NCBI RefSeq assembly: GCF_964204645.1
Contig: NC_134032.1
Location: 9,970,275 to 10,034,274 of the forward strand
DNA length: 64,000 bases
DNA from: Tubulanus polymorphus
Lineage: Eukaryota; Animalia; Nemertea
Direction of reading: 5' to 3'
Shown: positions 1 through 12,700 of the stretch, piece by piece
Layout: each line of letters starts with the position of its first letter
How positions within the stretch are numbered: position 1 is the stretch's first letter
Position numbers and translations under genes: made by a program
The notes under the pieces: model-generated
Told to the model about the DNA's origin: nothing
The model's database searches: none
What the model saw: only the letters and a program-made list of their open reading frames with translations

Positions 1-49
1 AGATGTTAAAATCTGTTGTTTGCTTCAATCTAAATGTCGCTTGTCATTC

Positions 50-440
50 AGTGATGTCATAGGGGGATTACAGAAGTGACCACCTTTTTTGGAAGGGTCC
101 ATAGTAGTGATTTCATGATGTCATAAGGGGAATTATGGAAGCAATTCGATGTTGTCCTAGGTGGATTTTGGGAGACAGATTCGGTGTTGTCGGGGAGATT
201 TATTGAAACATATGATGTCATTTAAGAATATCTGGAGGCATATTTGAAAATAACATGGGGAATTCATGGAACAGATTTGGTGATGTCATAGGGAGATTTA
301 GGAAAACAGATTTGATGGTATCATAGGGGGATTTAAGGAAACAGACTTGATGATGTCATAGGGGATTTATGGAACAGATTTGATATCAAGGCGGAATGTG
401 TGGAAACAGATTTGATGATGTCATGGGGGGATATTTGACT
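50..440. repeat. degenerate ~40-bp tandem repeat (gatgtcatagggggatttatggaacagatttgat)
   Basis: recurrent GATGTCATAGGG units seen directly. Confidence 0.7.
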
Positions 441-507
441 ATGTGATGGCACAAATCAGGCTCTGTTATTGTTCGATTATAAACGAATCTGTATGATCTA
501 TTTTTAG

Positions 508-708
508 GAGACTCCTCCGTTGAGTCCGATATCTCCAGAGCGTCGCGCTCCTGGTTTAGCCGAGCGGATGAGTTTGCCGAACAGCCCAACAATCGAAGAC
601 GATCATCTCACGCCGCGCCCCCTATCGGACGATGAGGCAAAACGATTAGATCGAGAATGTCACGAACGTTTCATTAAACTGAACGTTAAGCATATAACGG
701 ACGGACTG
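508..708 (+). CDS. OXR1: OXR1-like exon (ETPPLSP...RFIKLNVKHITDGL)
   Basis: tttttag acceptor 506-507, GTGAGT donor at 709; start of the GRAM-like region. Confidence 0.9.
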
Positions 709-3700
709 GTGAGTCTCATCTCGGAACCAGTATCAAAACCGGTATTAATCCGTTCGATTTGTTCCAGGAACTAAGCGAACGTAGACTGGTCTTAAAATGC
801 GTTCACTGCCGGCTACGAATATACTATCCGATGCACTTCGACTCTACTCTATCCATTATATAACTATTCGGCCAATGCTATGATACCTAGGGGCCGGTTT
901 TATAGACTGGTATTATTATCTTTAACCCTCGGGCCAGTTGCATAGTCCTGGCTTAGACTGAACACCGGTGTTAGACCAACTTTGTTCCATAGCCAATCTA
1001 ACAACTGAAGACTAGTCTTAAGATTTAAGTCCACTTTTGGACTTACGCCACGTGCGTGCAACAGACCCCTGGGGTTAATTAAATTGAATATGAATTGAGC
1101 TGACCCTAGGGTTAAGGTTACCACCAGTATATAAAACCAGGCCCTGGAGCGCAATTGAATTCTGTCATCATGAAAAACTGTGCTGTGCAAATTTATATCT
1201 ATTATTGTTATTATTATGAATGATGATAATGATGAAATTTATTTAGGTAACGCTCCCCAGTACATAGTGGTTTACGTAAAATACATCATTATATTAAATC
1301 TCGATAAAACGTCATTTATGAATGATGGGTTTTGTCTATTTTGCAGGGAGTGGTAGCCGGCGTTTTGCTGGTGACTCCGAACGCGATCATGTTCGACCCG
1401 AACGTCTCCGATCCGCTGGTCATCGAACACAGCGCCGACATGTACGGAATGATAGCGCCGCTCGATACGGTCATCAGCGTTGCCATGTACCACGATATCG
1501 CGGCGATGAAACTGAAAAGCGCTCCGAAGTAAGATTTACGCGATGTTTCGCGATTTTTCGAAAGTTTAACAGTGCGACGGTTGTCAGTGATCTCAATAAA
1601 TAGTCACGCTTACTGAAAAATCAACCATATGCTACGTAACTCAGCACATTTGCTGCTGACTAGAAGTTACCACGTAGTTCCAGTTTAGCCATCATTGCGA
1701 CTATGAGTTATCTAGTAGTTCCAGTTCAGCCATCATTGCAACTATGAGTTATCTAGTAGTTCCAGTTTAGCCATCATTGCGACTATGAGTTATCTAGTAG
1801 TTCCAGTTTAGCCATCATTGCCACTATGAGTTATCTAGTAGTTCCAGTTTAGCCATCATTGCCACTATGAGTTATCTAGTAGTTCCAGTTCAGCCATCAT
1901 TGCAACTATGAGTTATCTAGTAGTTCCAGTTTAGCCATCATTGCGACTATGAGTTATCTAGTAGTTCCAGTTTAGCCATCATTGCGACTTTGAGTTATCT
2001 AGTAGTTCCAGTTTAGCCATCATTGCGCCTATGAGTTATCTAGTAGTTCCAGTTTAGCCATCATTGCGACTATGAGTTATCTAGTAGTTCCAGTTCAGCC
2101 ATCATTGCCACTATGAGTTATCTAGGCGTTCCAGTTTAGCCATCATTGCCACTATGAGTTATCTAGTAGTTCCAGTTTAGCTATCATTGCGACTTAGAGT
2201 TATCATGGCATCAGGTTAAGCTTTTGAATATCAATGTTTTTATCGGAAACTTTTAGTTTATCAATATGTAAGATTGTTAAGGTTCTAGGGTTGGTTACTC
2301 TGCTTATCTCGTGCATCAGCCTCCTGTTATGGTGAAAGATAGGCTTCATGACAATTCCTTTTTCTCCCTCGCCGTGTTCACTCCCCCTCTCTTCCTTTTT
2401 CTCTCCCTCTAGCTCGCTTTGTCTCCTATCTCTACCACTTGCTTTCTCCTTCCCTCTCACTGTCTCTCTTCCTCTATCTGCCCCACCCTCCCATTCACTT
2501 CCACCCCATTTTCTCCTCCCTGCTGTTACAACATGTATTGTAAATCAGCCCCCCCCCGCCTCCAGTTTAATACCCTAAAGCACCAGCTGTGACTATTCAA
2601 CAGAGCATAATTGATAGCCATTTGATAGATTTGTCTCATTTCACCAGGTGTCGATAATAGCCAATAATTAATATGTAATGCATTAGAATAATATCAGTTT
2701 AATACTGTTGAATTTGTAACGTTTAAAAAGCCGCCTGCTTCGATTTACCCTTGCCTATACATGGGAGCCCAGTTTTATAGAGCTGTACTGACACTTAATA
2801 CCCAGACTTAACCAGTTTAGTAAAGCCGGTGATATCTTATACATAAAGAAATGCCTCGTATCCAGTTCCATAGTTGTGAGCGAAGAGTTTTTAGGATCAA
2901 CTGTGTTGATCCTTTTAGAATGGTTCTGAGAGTTATTTTCTGTTAGCTCTTGGTGGCACAAATTGTAACCAATGGCAAAATCTCTTTTTTTCCCCAATCT
3001 GCCAATGGATGCTTGAACTTGTTTCATGACTCACAGAGTAAGCCATTCAGAACAGCATCCCTTTCCTCAGCAGAACTGTGGAAGACTGGATCAAGATTTT
3101 GATATTTCATGCATGAATTACTCAAATTGAGTGTTGTATAGTGTTTTTATGCACAATATTTTTCGTGTCGTTATTTGTTGTTCTCTGTATTTCAGGGAGT
3201 TACAGCAGAACATTCCCAAACCGGAGGTGTATCACACGAAGGACTGTCCGGTGGCTCAGGCTCGCCTCGAACGTCGGAGCAAACGTTTACGAGACGCCTC
3301 CGAGTCGAGCAGCGACGCTTCCGATTTGCTGAACGTAATCGCCGCAACCGCACCGACGTTGAAATGTTCGTGCACGGAAGAGAACTTGGCAGCGATGGCC
3401 GCCGCCGCCGCGGACACGTCGCGGGAAGACGAATTCGCGATGAATTCGTCGGGTATTAATTCCTCAGGTTTCAACGCCGATGTATCGACTAGTTCGTCGT
3501 GTCGTCGTGACAGCGATTCGAACGGCGTCGCCCTGGCGACGTCGATGGAGAATTTCGTTTTACAGGACGTGCCAAAGTCGAAGAAAACGCAGTCGAAGCA
3601 GACGGATTTCGATCGGGACAACGAAGACAGTTCGGTCTTTGCAGGATCTGCGATGGCATTAGCCGAAACCGCACTGTCGTCGTCGGCGACGGCGGCTATT

Positions 3701-6700
3701 GAAATTCCGGACGGCGGTCGCGATAACGACGGCGATGAGTTAACGCTAAAAACCGGAAGCGTCGAAAGCGGCATCGCCGAAATGGAAGGAGAAACGGAAC
3801 GGACGAACGCAGTTGTTTCAGAGCGGATCGGTAATATCACGTACTTCCAGTACGACGACAAGGCAGACGATGCGACTAAGCAGACGTCGGTTTCGGCGGC
3901 GACGGAAGATTCGGAATTAGGCTCGCCGTCTGCGACAGCCGAACCGACGCAGATAACGGGCGCCGCGAATCGCAATAAAGGATTTACCGGCAGCGCGTTG
4001 TCGTCGATTTCGCCGAAGGTGTCGAGTTTCGCCGGCAGTTTCGTCGATTTCTCGAGTGGTTTGTTTTCGAAGGTCGAACGCGACGAAGTGAAGGATATCA
4101 CCGAGGTCGAACAGATGAACATGGCTCTTAATGAGGGCGAAACTTCGGGTAGGTGATTTTATTCATCGATTTACACCCAGAGAATTTTCAGCATGGCCAC
4201 TTACTTGGAAATCGGGGAAAAGTCAGGGAAATTTCTTTCCTTTAAAAGAATCGGGGGGAAAAGTCAGGGAAACTGGTAATAACCCGTAGCTGCAGCAACT
4301 GGTTGTAACTACATGTAATAGCAACCCAAAAAATTGTTAAAGGTTGATAGTGGTTAGGTATGTCAGTGTTTTTGGGGAGGGGTGCTGTAGGGTGTTCAGG
4401 GACGGGGTGAAAAATGTATGGTACTAGTGTAAAAGGGGGTCAGAGCTGTAGGGTGTTCAGGGTAGGGGGCGATAGTTGTTTGGTGCTAGGGTAAAAGGGG
4501 GCCAGAGTTTAAGGGGTGAGTGCTGTAGGGTGTTCAGGGTAGGGGGGGATAGTTGTATGGTGCTAGGGTAAAAGGGGGCAGAGTTAAAGGGGTGAGTGCT
4601 GTAGGGTGTTCAGGGTAGGGGGGATAGTTGTATGGTGCTAGGGTAAAAGGGGGGCAGAGTTTAAGGGGTGAGTGCTGTAGGGTGTTCAGGGTAGGGGGGG
4701 ATAGTTGTATGGTGCTAGGGTAAAAGGGGGGCAGAGTTAAAGGGGTGAGTGCTGTAGGGTGTTCAGGGAAGGGGGCGAGTTTAAGGGTGCTAGTGTATAG
4801 GGGTGCCATCAGGTAGTTATTCAAGTGACCATTTGTGACCTATAGCAAGCAACCAGAAGTAACTGAATATTTTGAAATATTTCTTCCCATTTACAGGAAA
4901 CACAACCTGGTATCACCGGCCGTTGAGCCTCGTATCGGATACGGTATCGGCCGGCGTGAACGCCGTATCGTCGGCCGCGTCGTCTGCTGCGTCCGTCGCG
5001 TCAAACGCCGCGTCGTCGGCGGCGACGAAGGCGTCGAACGTGATGGGTGCGTCGATGGACCGCGACGATTCGGCGCCGACTTCGACGACGAAGCGGACCG
5101 TTGAATTAGAAGTGGAGAGCATCGTGAAATTGGAGGATAAACCGGAACTATTCCAGTCTATCGACGGTAGGTATTTGAAACAAACATGGCTACCGCCTTG
5201 ATACCTCCTACGACATATTCAAAATCAAATTCCCCTTCATAAATACTTTCATGGAAGATGGGTACCTTCATAAATTCAACTACAACATCGATCAAATCAC
5301 CCTTAGACCCCTTCTAGAAAAGAAGGTTTCCTTCATGACATCATATGACATTCCTATGATATCACAAATTACCCCTCAGTCCATTGCATGGGAGATGGCT
5401 AGCTTCATAAGTTGCCCAATGACATCATCCATATTAGTTCAGTTATCAGTGAATGCAATTGTCCGTTGGTAATAACTAGACTTTGATAGTCAAGGGGTAA
5501 TTTGTGGAGGTATATGTATTCCCACGTTTACAGTATAATCTGGTGGCGAATGGAGAAACCACAGATTTAGGCTACACTTTTAGTTTTATATTTATGAATT
5601 GTTGAATATGATATGTTTTCAGTGATGCTAAACAAAACTTCAAACGGAGGTGAGTAGCAGTATAGGTGGATGATAATGTGACCACATACACAGTTCATAG
5701 TGGACCTATATTACCCCTGTTTGACCCCCTGTTTTGTAATAAGTTGGCTAGTGGACGGAGTAAAGAATTGAACGCTCTTTATTTCCGTCTTGATGCATTT
5801 TACAGTGTCGGCCATCTTGACACTAGATCTAAGGCCCGACTACTCAGTTGCGTGGTTCGCTATTTTTGGACGAAAGATACAGACTATCTGACATTCAGTT
5901 TCCTTTAGTCCACAAATAGACGGCTAACTCTGACAACTGAAGTTCGCCCTGCCAGTTCAAATGGGGAGCTTACCCCTCCTATCCTTATGGGAAGCATGGT
6001 CCTCCAACCCACTGCTACTGCTTCGTGTAGAAATCAAGATACCTTTATCTCCCACTCTCCTTGTAGGGGAAGGAGAGCCATTGACTCTCCCGGCCCTCCA
6101 TACCATTTGGGAGGTCTCGTGGTCTCCTCACTGCAGAGATTTGGGCAGCTGAAAGGGGTTACTAGAGGGGTAAAAATAGGTCCACTGGTGATACTCCTCA
6201 CTCACTTGCCAGAGTGTGTTTCTGGCCGACGGATATTCATAACCAGTGCACTTTCTATTGCAGTGTGATTAATGTTTTTATATACTAGATACCCGTACGG
6301 AAAACATGACTGCTTCCTTAAATCACCCTATGACATCATTCATAACGTCAAATTGATTGTCACCAACTGGCTAGGAGATGAATCTATGATGTCATAGGAG
6401 ATTTGTTAGTGGCCATCTTTTCTCGAGGGACGAAAACTTTAAACCATAGGAAAAATGAACGATATTTTTCATCGTTATTCTAGAGAAATATATATTTAGC
6501 ACTTGTAGAAATTATTGTCTAGTGAAAATAAGTGTTTTTGTCTGGTAGTGAAAAAAATGGTGATAAGATTAGGACGCAGAAGGGGCTGTTTTCCAGCGCC
6601 CCCTGGTGGTGTAGCGCACAGTTGTTCAATGTTTATAGCGATTGAAAATATCTAAAAGTGTTTCTTGTCTTTTTTTTTCCTTCATTTTTCATCATGATTT

Positions 6701-9700
6701 TTAAACGTGTGTCACAGAACTAGGTTAGTATAGTCTGTTCTAAAAACAAAACAAAAAACATGGATGTTGTAGTCGACACCTATTGTATCTACAAACAATT
6801 CCTCACGATTTATGGTTTGAAAATAATTTTTTTTTTGCTTTGATATTTCTGCACTGTCATCTCCGATGATATCTTAAAACAGATCTTAGATTTTAAGTCC
6901 AAGTTTGTATTTTAATTCCAAGGTTGTATCTTTGTATCTTATGGTTGAGACTCAAGATAAAGTCAGGCTTATTGCCATTTTGGTTCAGTTCGATATTGAA
7001 AACCTAAGATAAGACCAGACTAAACTGATTTTATCCCATTTCTCCAGTCCGAGCTTGGACCAAGTTCATCAGTTTTAACTAATCTAACTACTTAAGACCT
7101 ATTAAATGATTCAAGGCCACTCTTCAAACTTAAAGCACGGTTCCAAAACTTGGCTTAAATCTTAAGATCCGTTGTAAGTTTTAACGAGAATAGACGATAA
7201 AACCGATCGTAGAGATACGCGTATATAAGCCTTGATTGTGCGACCATCCCCTTTGCTCCACATTTAAGTTAAAAATCTTAGTCCTAAAGCACCTAAGAAG
7301 TCGGCTCAGACCTGTCTCCATTGTGCTGGTTCGTATCATAAATCTAATGTTATGTATAAGTGTTTGATGTAGACACGGTACACACACTCAGCTGGTGTTG
7401 TCACATGTATACGATCCGTGTACTGATATCCAGTTGTAACAGGTGTGCGCGCGCGACAAGTCGCCATGCGAATGTATCATTTCACTCCGCAAGACGAAAA
7501 ATCTATCCAATTCACATCGCGCTTTACGGAAGTAACTATGTTCGCTAGTAATTAGCAGGTAATATTAAAAGTTAACCCTTACTGTCCGAGGGTCTGTCGT
7601 TATAATCATAGTCGGTATTCAAGCGCAATAATGACCTTCAAGAATTAATTTTTTCAAGATCAGTTGTGGGTATGAAACTTGGGCTATTTTGAGTTTAGAC
7701 CGTGGAGCCCTACCTTCCTACTCGCCCCCACATTTTTTATGGCTATCTCCTTAAAAATGACATTGTCAAATTACTCCTATGGCTATGGCTATCTCCATAA
7801 ATTCCCTATGACATTGCTAGATACTGTCTAATTCATTACGAATTCAATAACCAAGGATGTTTGATGATGTCATAGGGTGATTAATAGAGTCGGCTATCTC
7901 TTCTGTATGGTTCTAAGTCCTGTAAAGCAGGGGCTCAATTATTAGGTGATGGAATGAACATGGGGCTTTGAAAGAATTGAACGAATATCTCTCCCCATCA
8001 CCCTCCCCCTTGCTCCGGTGGAGGGCCAAGCCCATCTGCTGACAGAAACTTCATCCACATCACAGAGTTTTAAAGAAACTATGGCTTCCCCCTATGACAT
8101 CATCAAATTACGACCGCGATAACCAATAGCATATATTTCACGGAGGCACCAGTTTCGTCTTTGATGATGTCATAGGGTGATTTATACAAGCCTGATCTCA
8201 TCTCTGATCTTTCATTTCAACATTTTCTGTTCGAGCTAATAAACGTTTCAATGTCTTATTCTCTTTTCTACTCTCTGTTTTTTTTTTGTTCCGAAATGCC
8301 AGGATTCGATGAAGGTATATCCCCCCTCGCTCTCCCTCTTTAAACTTTTGCTCCCCTCGCTGTCCTCTCTCCGCACACGTGTTTCTCTAATAAATATCGA
8401 ACGAAAAAAAAAAACCGAATCCTTTTTCGTCATCGTTTTTAATTAATTGGTATTGTGTATGCAAGTTTTTTTTTCTATATCTCGCTATGAAATATTTTCT
8501 ATATTCGCCGTACGAATTAATTATGTGTCGAATTCCGTCCATATTTGGCATAGCTGTGAATCCAGGGCAGGCATACTATAAACGTTGTTAAAAATGGCCG
8601 TTGCCTATGACATCATCGATTCACCCCTTCACTGGAAATATTATCAGCCTACTAATTGATATTGTGGAATCAGCAATGATGACTGCCTCCCAATCCCCCT
8701 TTAGCAGGGTATACTTAGCAGGGGGGGGCAGTTGCCCGTAGAATTTTTTGCGAGTAAATGTATTGTTATATACAATGGAACTGCCCTTTTCCAGGTTTCT
8801 TTGCCCCCCCCCAAAAAAAAATTCAAATGCTAGGTACAGTCCTGTATGGTATCATTGAATTTATAAATAGCCCCTAAAAGAAAAGATGGCTGCCTTTTAA
8901 TCTACGTTCAACGGTATCAAAGTTCACAGTGGTAACTATTGAGCCTGGGTCCAGTTCCACAGTTTCGATTTAAGATTTAACTCTTTGAGTTAACCCTTTC
9001 AGTGCGTCTACACGGCAGTGCGGTGTATGAATTGGTGATGGATTTTGCTAGTACACCGCAGTGCGGTGTATTGATGTAATTAGTAATTAGTTTTTATCCC
9101 TATAGAAAGATGGCCACACCTGTCAAACATAGTGAAATATTAGTAACTAAAGATACACCGCGCCGCGGTGTAGACGCACTATAGTGGGACGCCCGTTATC
9201 CAACACACTAAGGTGGAATTTTTCAGAATTTTCAAATTATCTCCAGCACTATGGGGTAATGATTAGTCAGCACTGAAAGGGTTAACTCATTGAAAATTAG
9301 ATAACTCTAACTAAACATATCACAAAAGAGGTGATCTATTATGATAAGTCGGCCATTTTGCTGCGATGATGTCATAGTGGACTCATCGAAGTAGCCATCT
9401 TTTCTCTCGAATGTGCATGCATGTTGAACGAGTATTATATCGTATGTTGTTTTGTATCTTGTCTGCTCGATGCATTGTTGTTGTTGTCTTTATCCGGTGT
9501 CGTCTATTTTCGTTAGTGCGTTTTTTCTGTGATGTTTTTATTTTCGTTGCAGTCGCCCATCCTGGATGTTTTTGTCAAACCGGTAGTAAGTGTCCGTACG
9601 CGGTGGAAATGCGGCCTCCAACTTCGTAAATCCCCCTATGACATCATCAAATCACTTATATTCGATAATACGTAATCATAGGGGGATTTATGGAGACGGC

Positions 9701-12700
9701 CATCTGTGTCTATGATAACTATAATCCAGTGATTTGTCGGTTTTGGGCCAAAATCTTTGTAACAATATTTCTTTAACATATCTATACTACATTTGTGTAT
9801 TCATATATTCTTTACCCCGAATCTTAGAGAGAATCGATATTGAAAATTATTTTGACATGAAAACTGCCAAAATCAACTTTCGTGCAGCAAGTATCTGTAA
9901 AATATGTTATAACGTTCCCTATAGCGCGCACAAAGCTGTCGGCATTTATTGATATTTTGTGGTTTTCATATGACCGCGACTGCTGTGGCAGTTGGTAACA
10001 TATTTCGTCACTACGCTTTAAATAAAATAGAACGATGTTATTTTGACGAAACCTCCGTCTCCAAAAACAGGCTCTCAAGTAGCGCGCGCGTATCCGCATT
10101 TCAAAATAAACGTTTTTCTTTTGAAACAATCGCGTCCCTTTGATCGGTTGGTTACCATGGTAATCGGCAGTGATGAGCTCGGCGAAGACATGTTTCATTC
10201 AAATAGAAATACTCATTTGAATAAACCTTTTTTTGAGAATCTTTTTTTTTTTCATTGGAAGAGGGCTTTTTTTAGCAACACAGTGCTTTTGAACACAGGT
10301 TGTTTTCAGGATCCTTGTATAATGGTTCTGAGAGTAACTTCGTGTTATCTCTTGGTGGCACAAATTGTAACCACTGGATTTACACAGCTGACATTTTGTC
10401 ATTAGGTGGGAAATAAGGGTTAGAACTGAAGTGCAAAATTTCAATAAATTTTACGCCATTCTACTAACCGATGCTTGACCTCGTTTCTCGATAATGACAT
10501 TGGTGGGAAAGCCCTTCAGCGTCCAAGTTCGATGGTGGACACTGAAGGGCTTACCCAGGGATGTCATTGTCAAGAACATACATATAGAACATAGTATGTT
10601 AAGAAATGGGGGAAAACCAATGGTCAGTCATGGGGAAAACCCATTACCGTGTATATCGTCAAAGTTACATAGTGCACCAAGATCACAACATTATTTCAAA
10701 TCCAGGAATAAAGCGATTTTTTTCGTGCTCAAAACTGAATTCTACTCGGTTGATCCTACTGGACCCATGGTCCTTTATTCGGGGATTTTTTCAAATGCAT
10801 CTAATTTTTTCACCTGAAATTTTGCTGTTTTTTTCTGTCTTAAACTGTTGTTAGCCTATACGGTTTTCAAATCTTCCGAAGTGTTAGTTTTATATCTTGC
10901 TGTGGATTTTCTATCTAGATATTTTAAGGGTTTCATTTTGTAATGAAATGGTATTGTATTTGTTATTTTATGCATTGATTCGGAATGAAATTCAACTTGA
11001 TCGATTTGCTTTGAAAACCTGGATCCAGCTCCACAGTTTTGAACCCATTCCTCTTTCCATTGAAAAGTTTTACAACTTTGTTACTGGATCCAGGACTTAT
11101 ATCTGCAATTCAATGTGAAATTGTGATAAATATTATAGTAACATAAAAATATCATTGTGGCACTACCGGATCCCTTACAGTTTTATGGTTTTAATTGATT
11201 CAAGAATTAAGAAATAAACGTTAATTAATTGTAGATGTAAAAATTCAATCCATAACTGTGGAACAGGACGATTGTCGTCAAAATGTATCAACGAACTTTG
11301 AAGGGCTTATAACATACCCTTGTGGCATACCTGTTTTGATATCTCGAATTCCGCTCATTCTATTTTCGCTCATCGTTCTTTGTCGATATTTTGCAGAGAT
11401 AATTCCGCGACCGGCTCGACAGTACGAGGACCCGCCGTTGTACCTGTGTTTGAAGGTGGGCATGCCCATTAACAAAACGGTGTCTGCCACGTGTCCGATT
11501 GAGTCGTATACTCGCAAGAAGAAAAAGCCGGAATATTGGTTCTCGATTCCACGTGAAAAGTGAGTAAATACTTGATAAGATAGAATGAATCGGCGATCAC
11601 ACGAGCATTTTTGGCCCGGGCCAAATTTGGCCCGGAACAACTGTTCACGCGAATGAAAATGAAATTGAATTGATCGACTTCTTTATTTCAGAGTCGATTA
11701 TCTTTATGCATTTTTCATCCAATGGTCGCCGGATCTTTACGGAGGTGAGGACGACATTGACCCGTCGGAACGCGGCTTCGTTGTCATAGACGACGATGAC
11801 GACGAAGACGAGGAGATCTGCGTAGAATTGATCGATGAACTGACCGGCGACGTCTGCCACATTCCACGCAGTGTCTCGAAAGATTGGGAGGTAAATAAAA
11901 CTGACGATCGTATTAACCCCTTACAAGCTACTTCAGGGTGGCCACTTACTTGGAAATCAGGGAAAAGTCATGGAAGGAAGACTTCTCGAAAGAAGTCAGG
12001 GAATAGTCTGCGAATTTTGTAAAAGAAAATGCTAAAAATCAGGGAAAAGTCAGCAAAATTTGTTGCGCTCATCAGATCGCGCATCTAATCAAACAGTTGC
12101 CGTCTATGTCTTTGACTGTCATTGATTGGATTCTTTGCACGGAAAACAATATGCATGTCAGAGAATAGTCAGGGGCAAGACAAATAAAAGTGGCCACCCT
12201 GTACTTTGTGAATTCTATTTTAGTGATAGCGAGTAATCTGGCAAATTGAGTTTATCGATCCCTTCTTTGCTAGTTACATCTAGAATTCACTCCTTCAGAT
12301 TTCTAAGCGAATTGGTGTCATTGGAAATTGGCTGCATCGTTTGGAAAACATCTGAATAAGTGACTTGGATTGTAATACTGGTTTCGCTGTAATATTAACA
12401 TTCATTTAGATTATCTTCCATTTACGACTTTGCAATCAGGACCAGCTTAGAACCCAGTGTTGTAGAAGTCTAGCGGCTATTTAAGTCTGAAAATGGGCTC
12501 AAATTTATTGATATTTGGTCTTACTTTGTTGGATTGGCTATACAACCAACTGGCTTAGAATAGTCTTAAGTTTTGAGTTTTTACAAGTTTTATCCTAATT
12601 AGTAATGACAGTGTGGACTCATTAATATTTATGTTTACGTATGTAGTGACTAGACTTACAGATATCGACTATTACAAGAAATATATTAGCTAATATATAT

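Noticed and set aside
1676-2203. CRISPR-like regular array
   Set aside because: Units are contiguous near-identical 41-mers with no unique spacers; eukaryotic intron, no cas genes
3256-4122. 288-aa antisense ORF overlapping the large OXR1 exon
   Set aside because: Codon-aligned mirror of the real exon; GC-rich codon usage removes antisense stops; no motif or splice support
4534-4824. Pro-rich repetitive ORF on the minus strand
   Set aside because: Translation of the G-rich minisatellite
4913-5122. Ala/Asp-rich antisense ORF resembling an antifreeze peptide
   Set aside because: Reverse complement of the OXR1 Ala/Ser-rich exon
10309-10323. Possible fifth microexon (ttttcAG|GATCCTTGTATAATG|GT)
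   Set aside because: Weak donor (GTTCTG) and the sequence is part of a dispersed repeat also seen near 2900-2970
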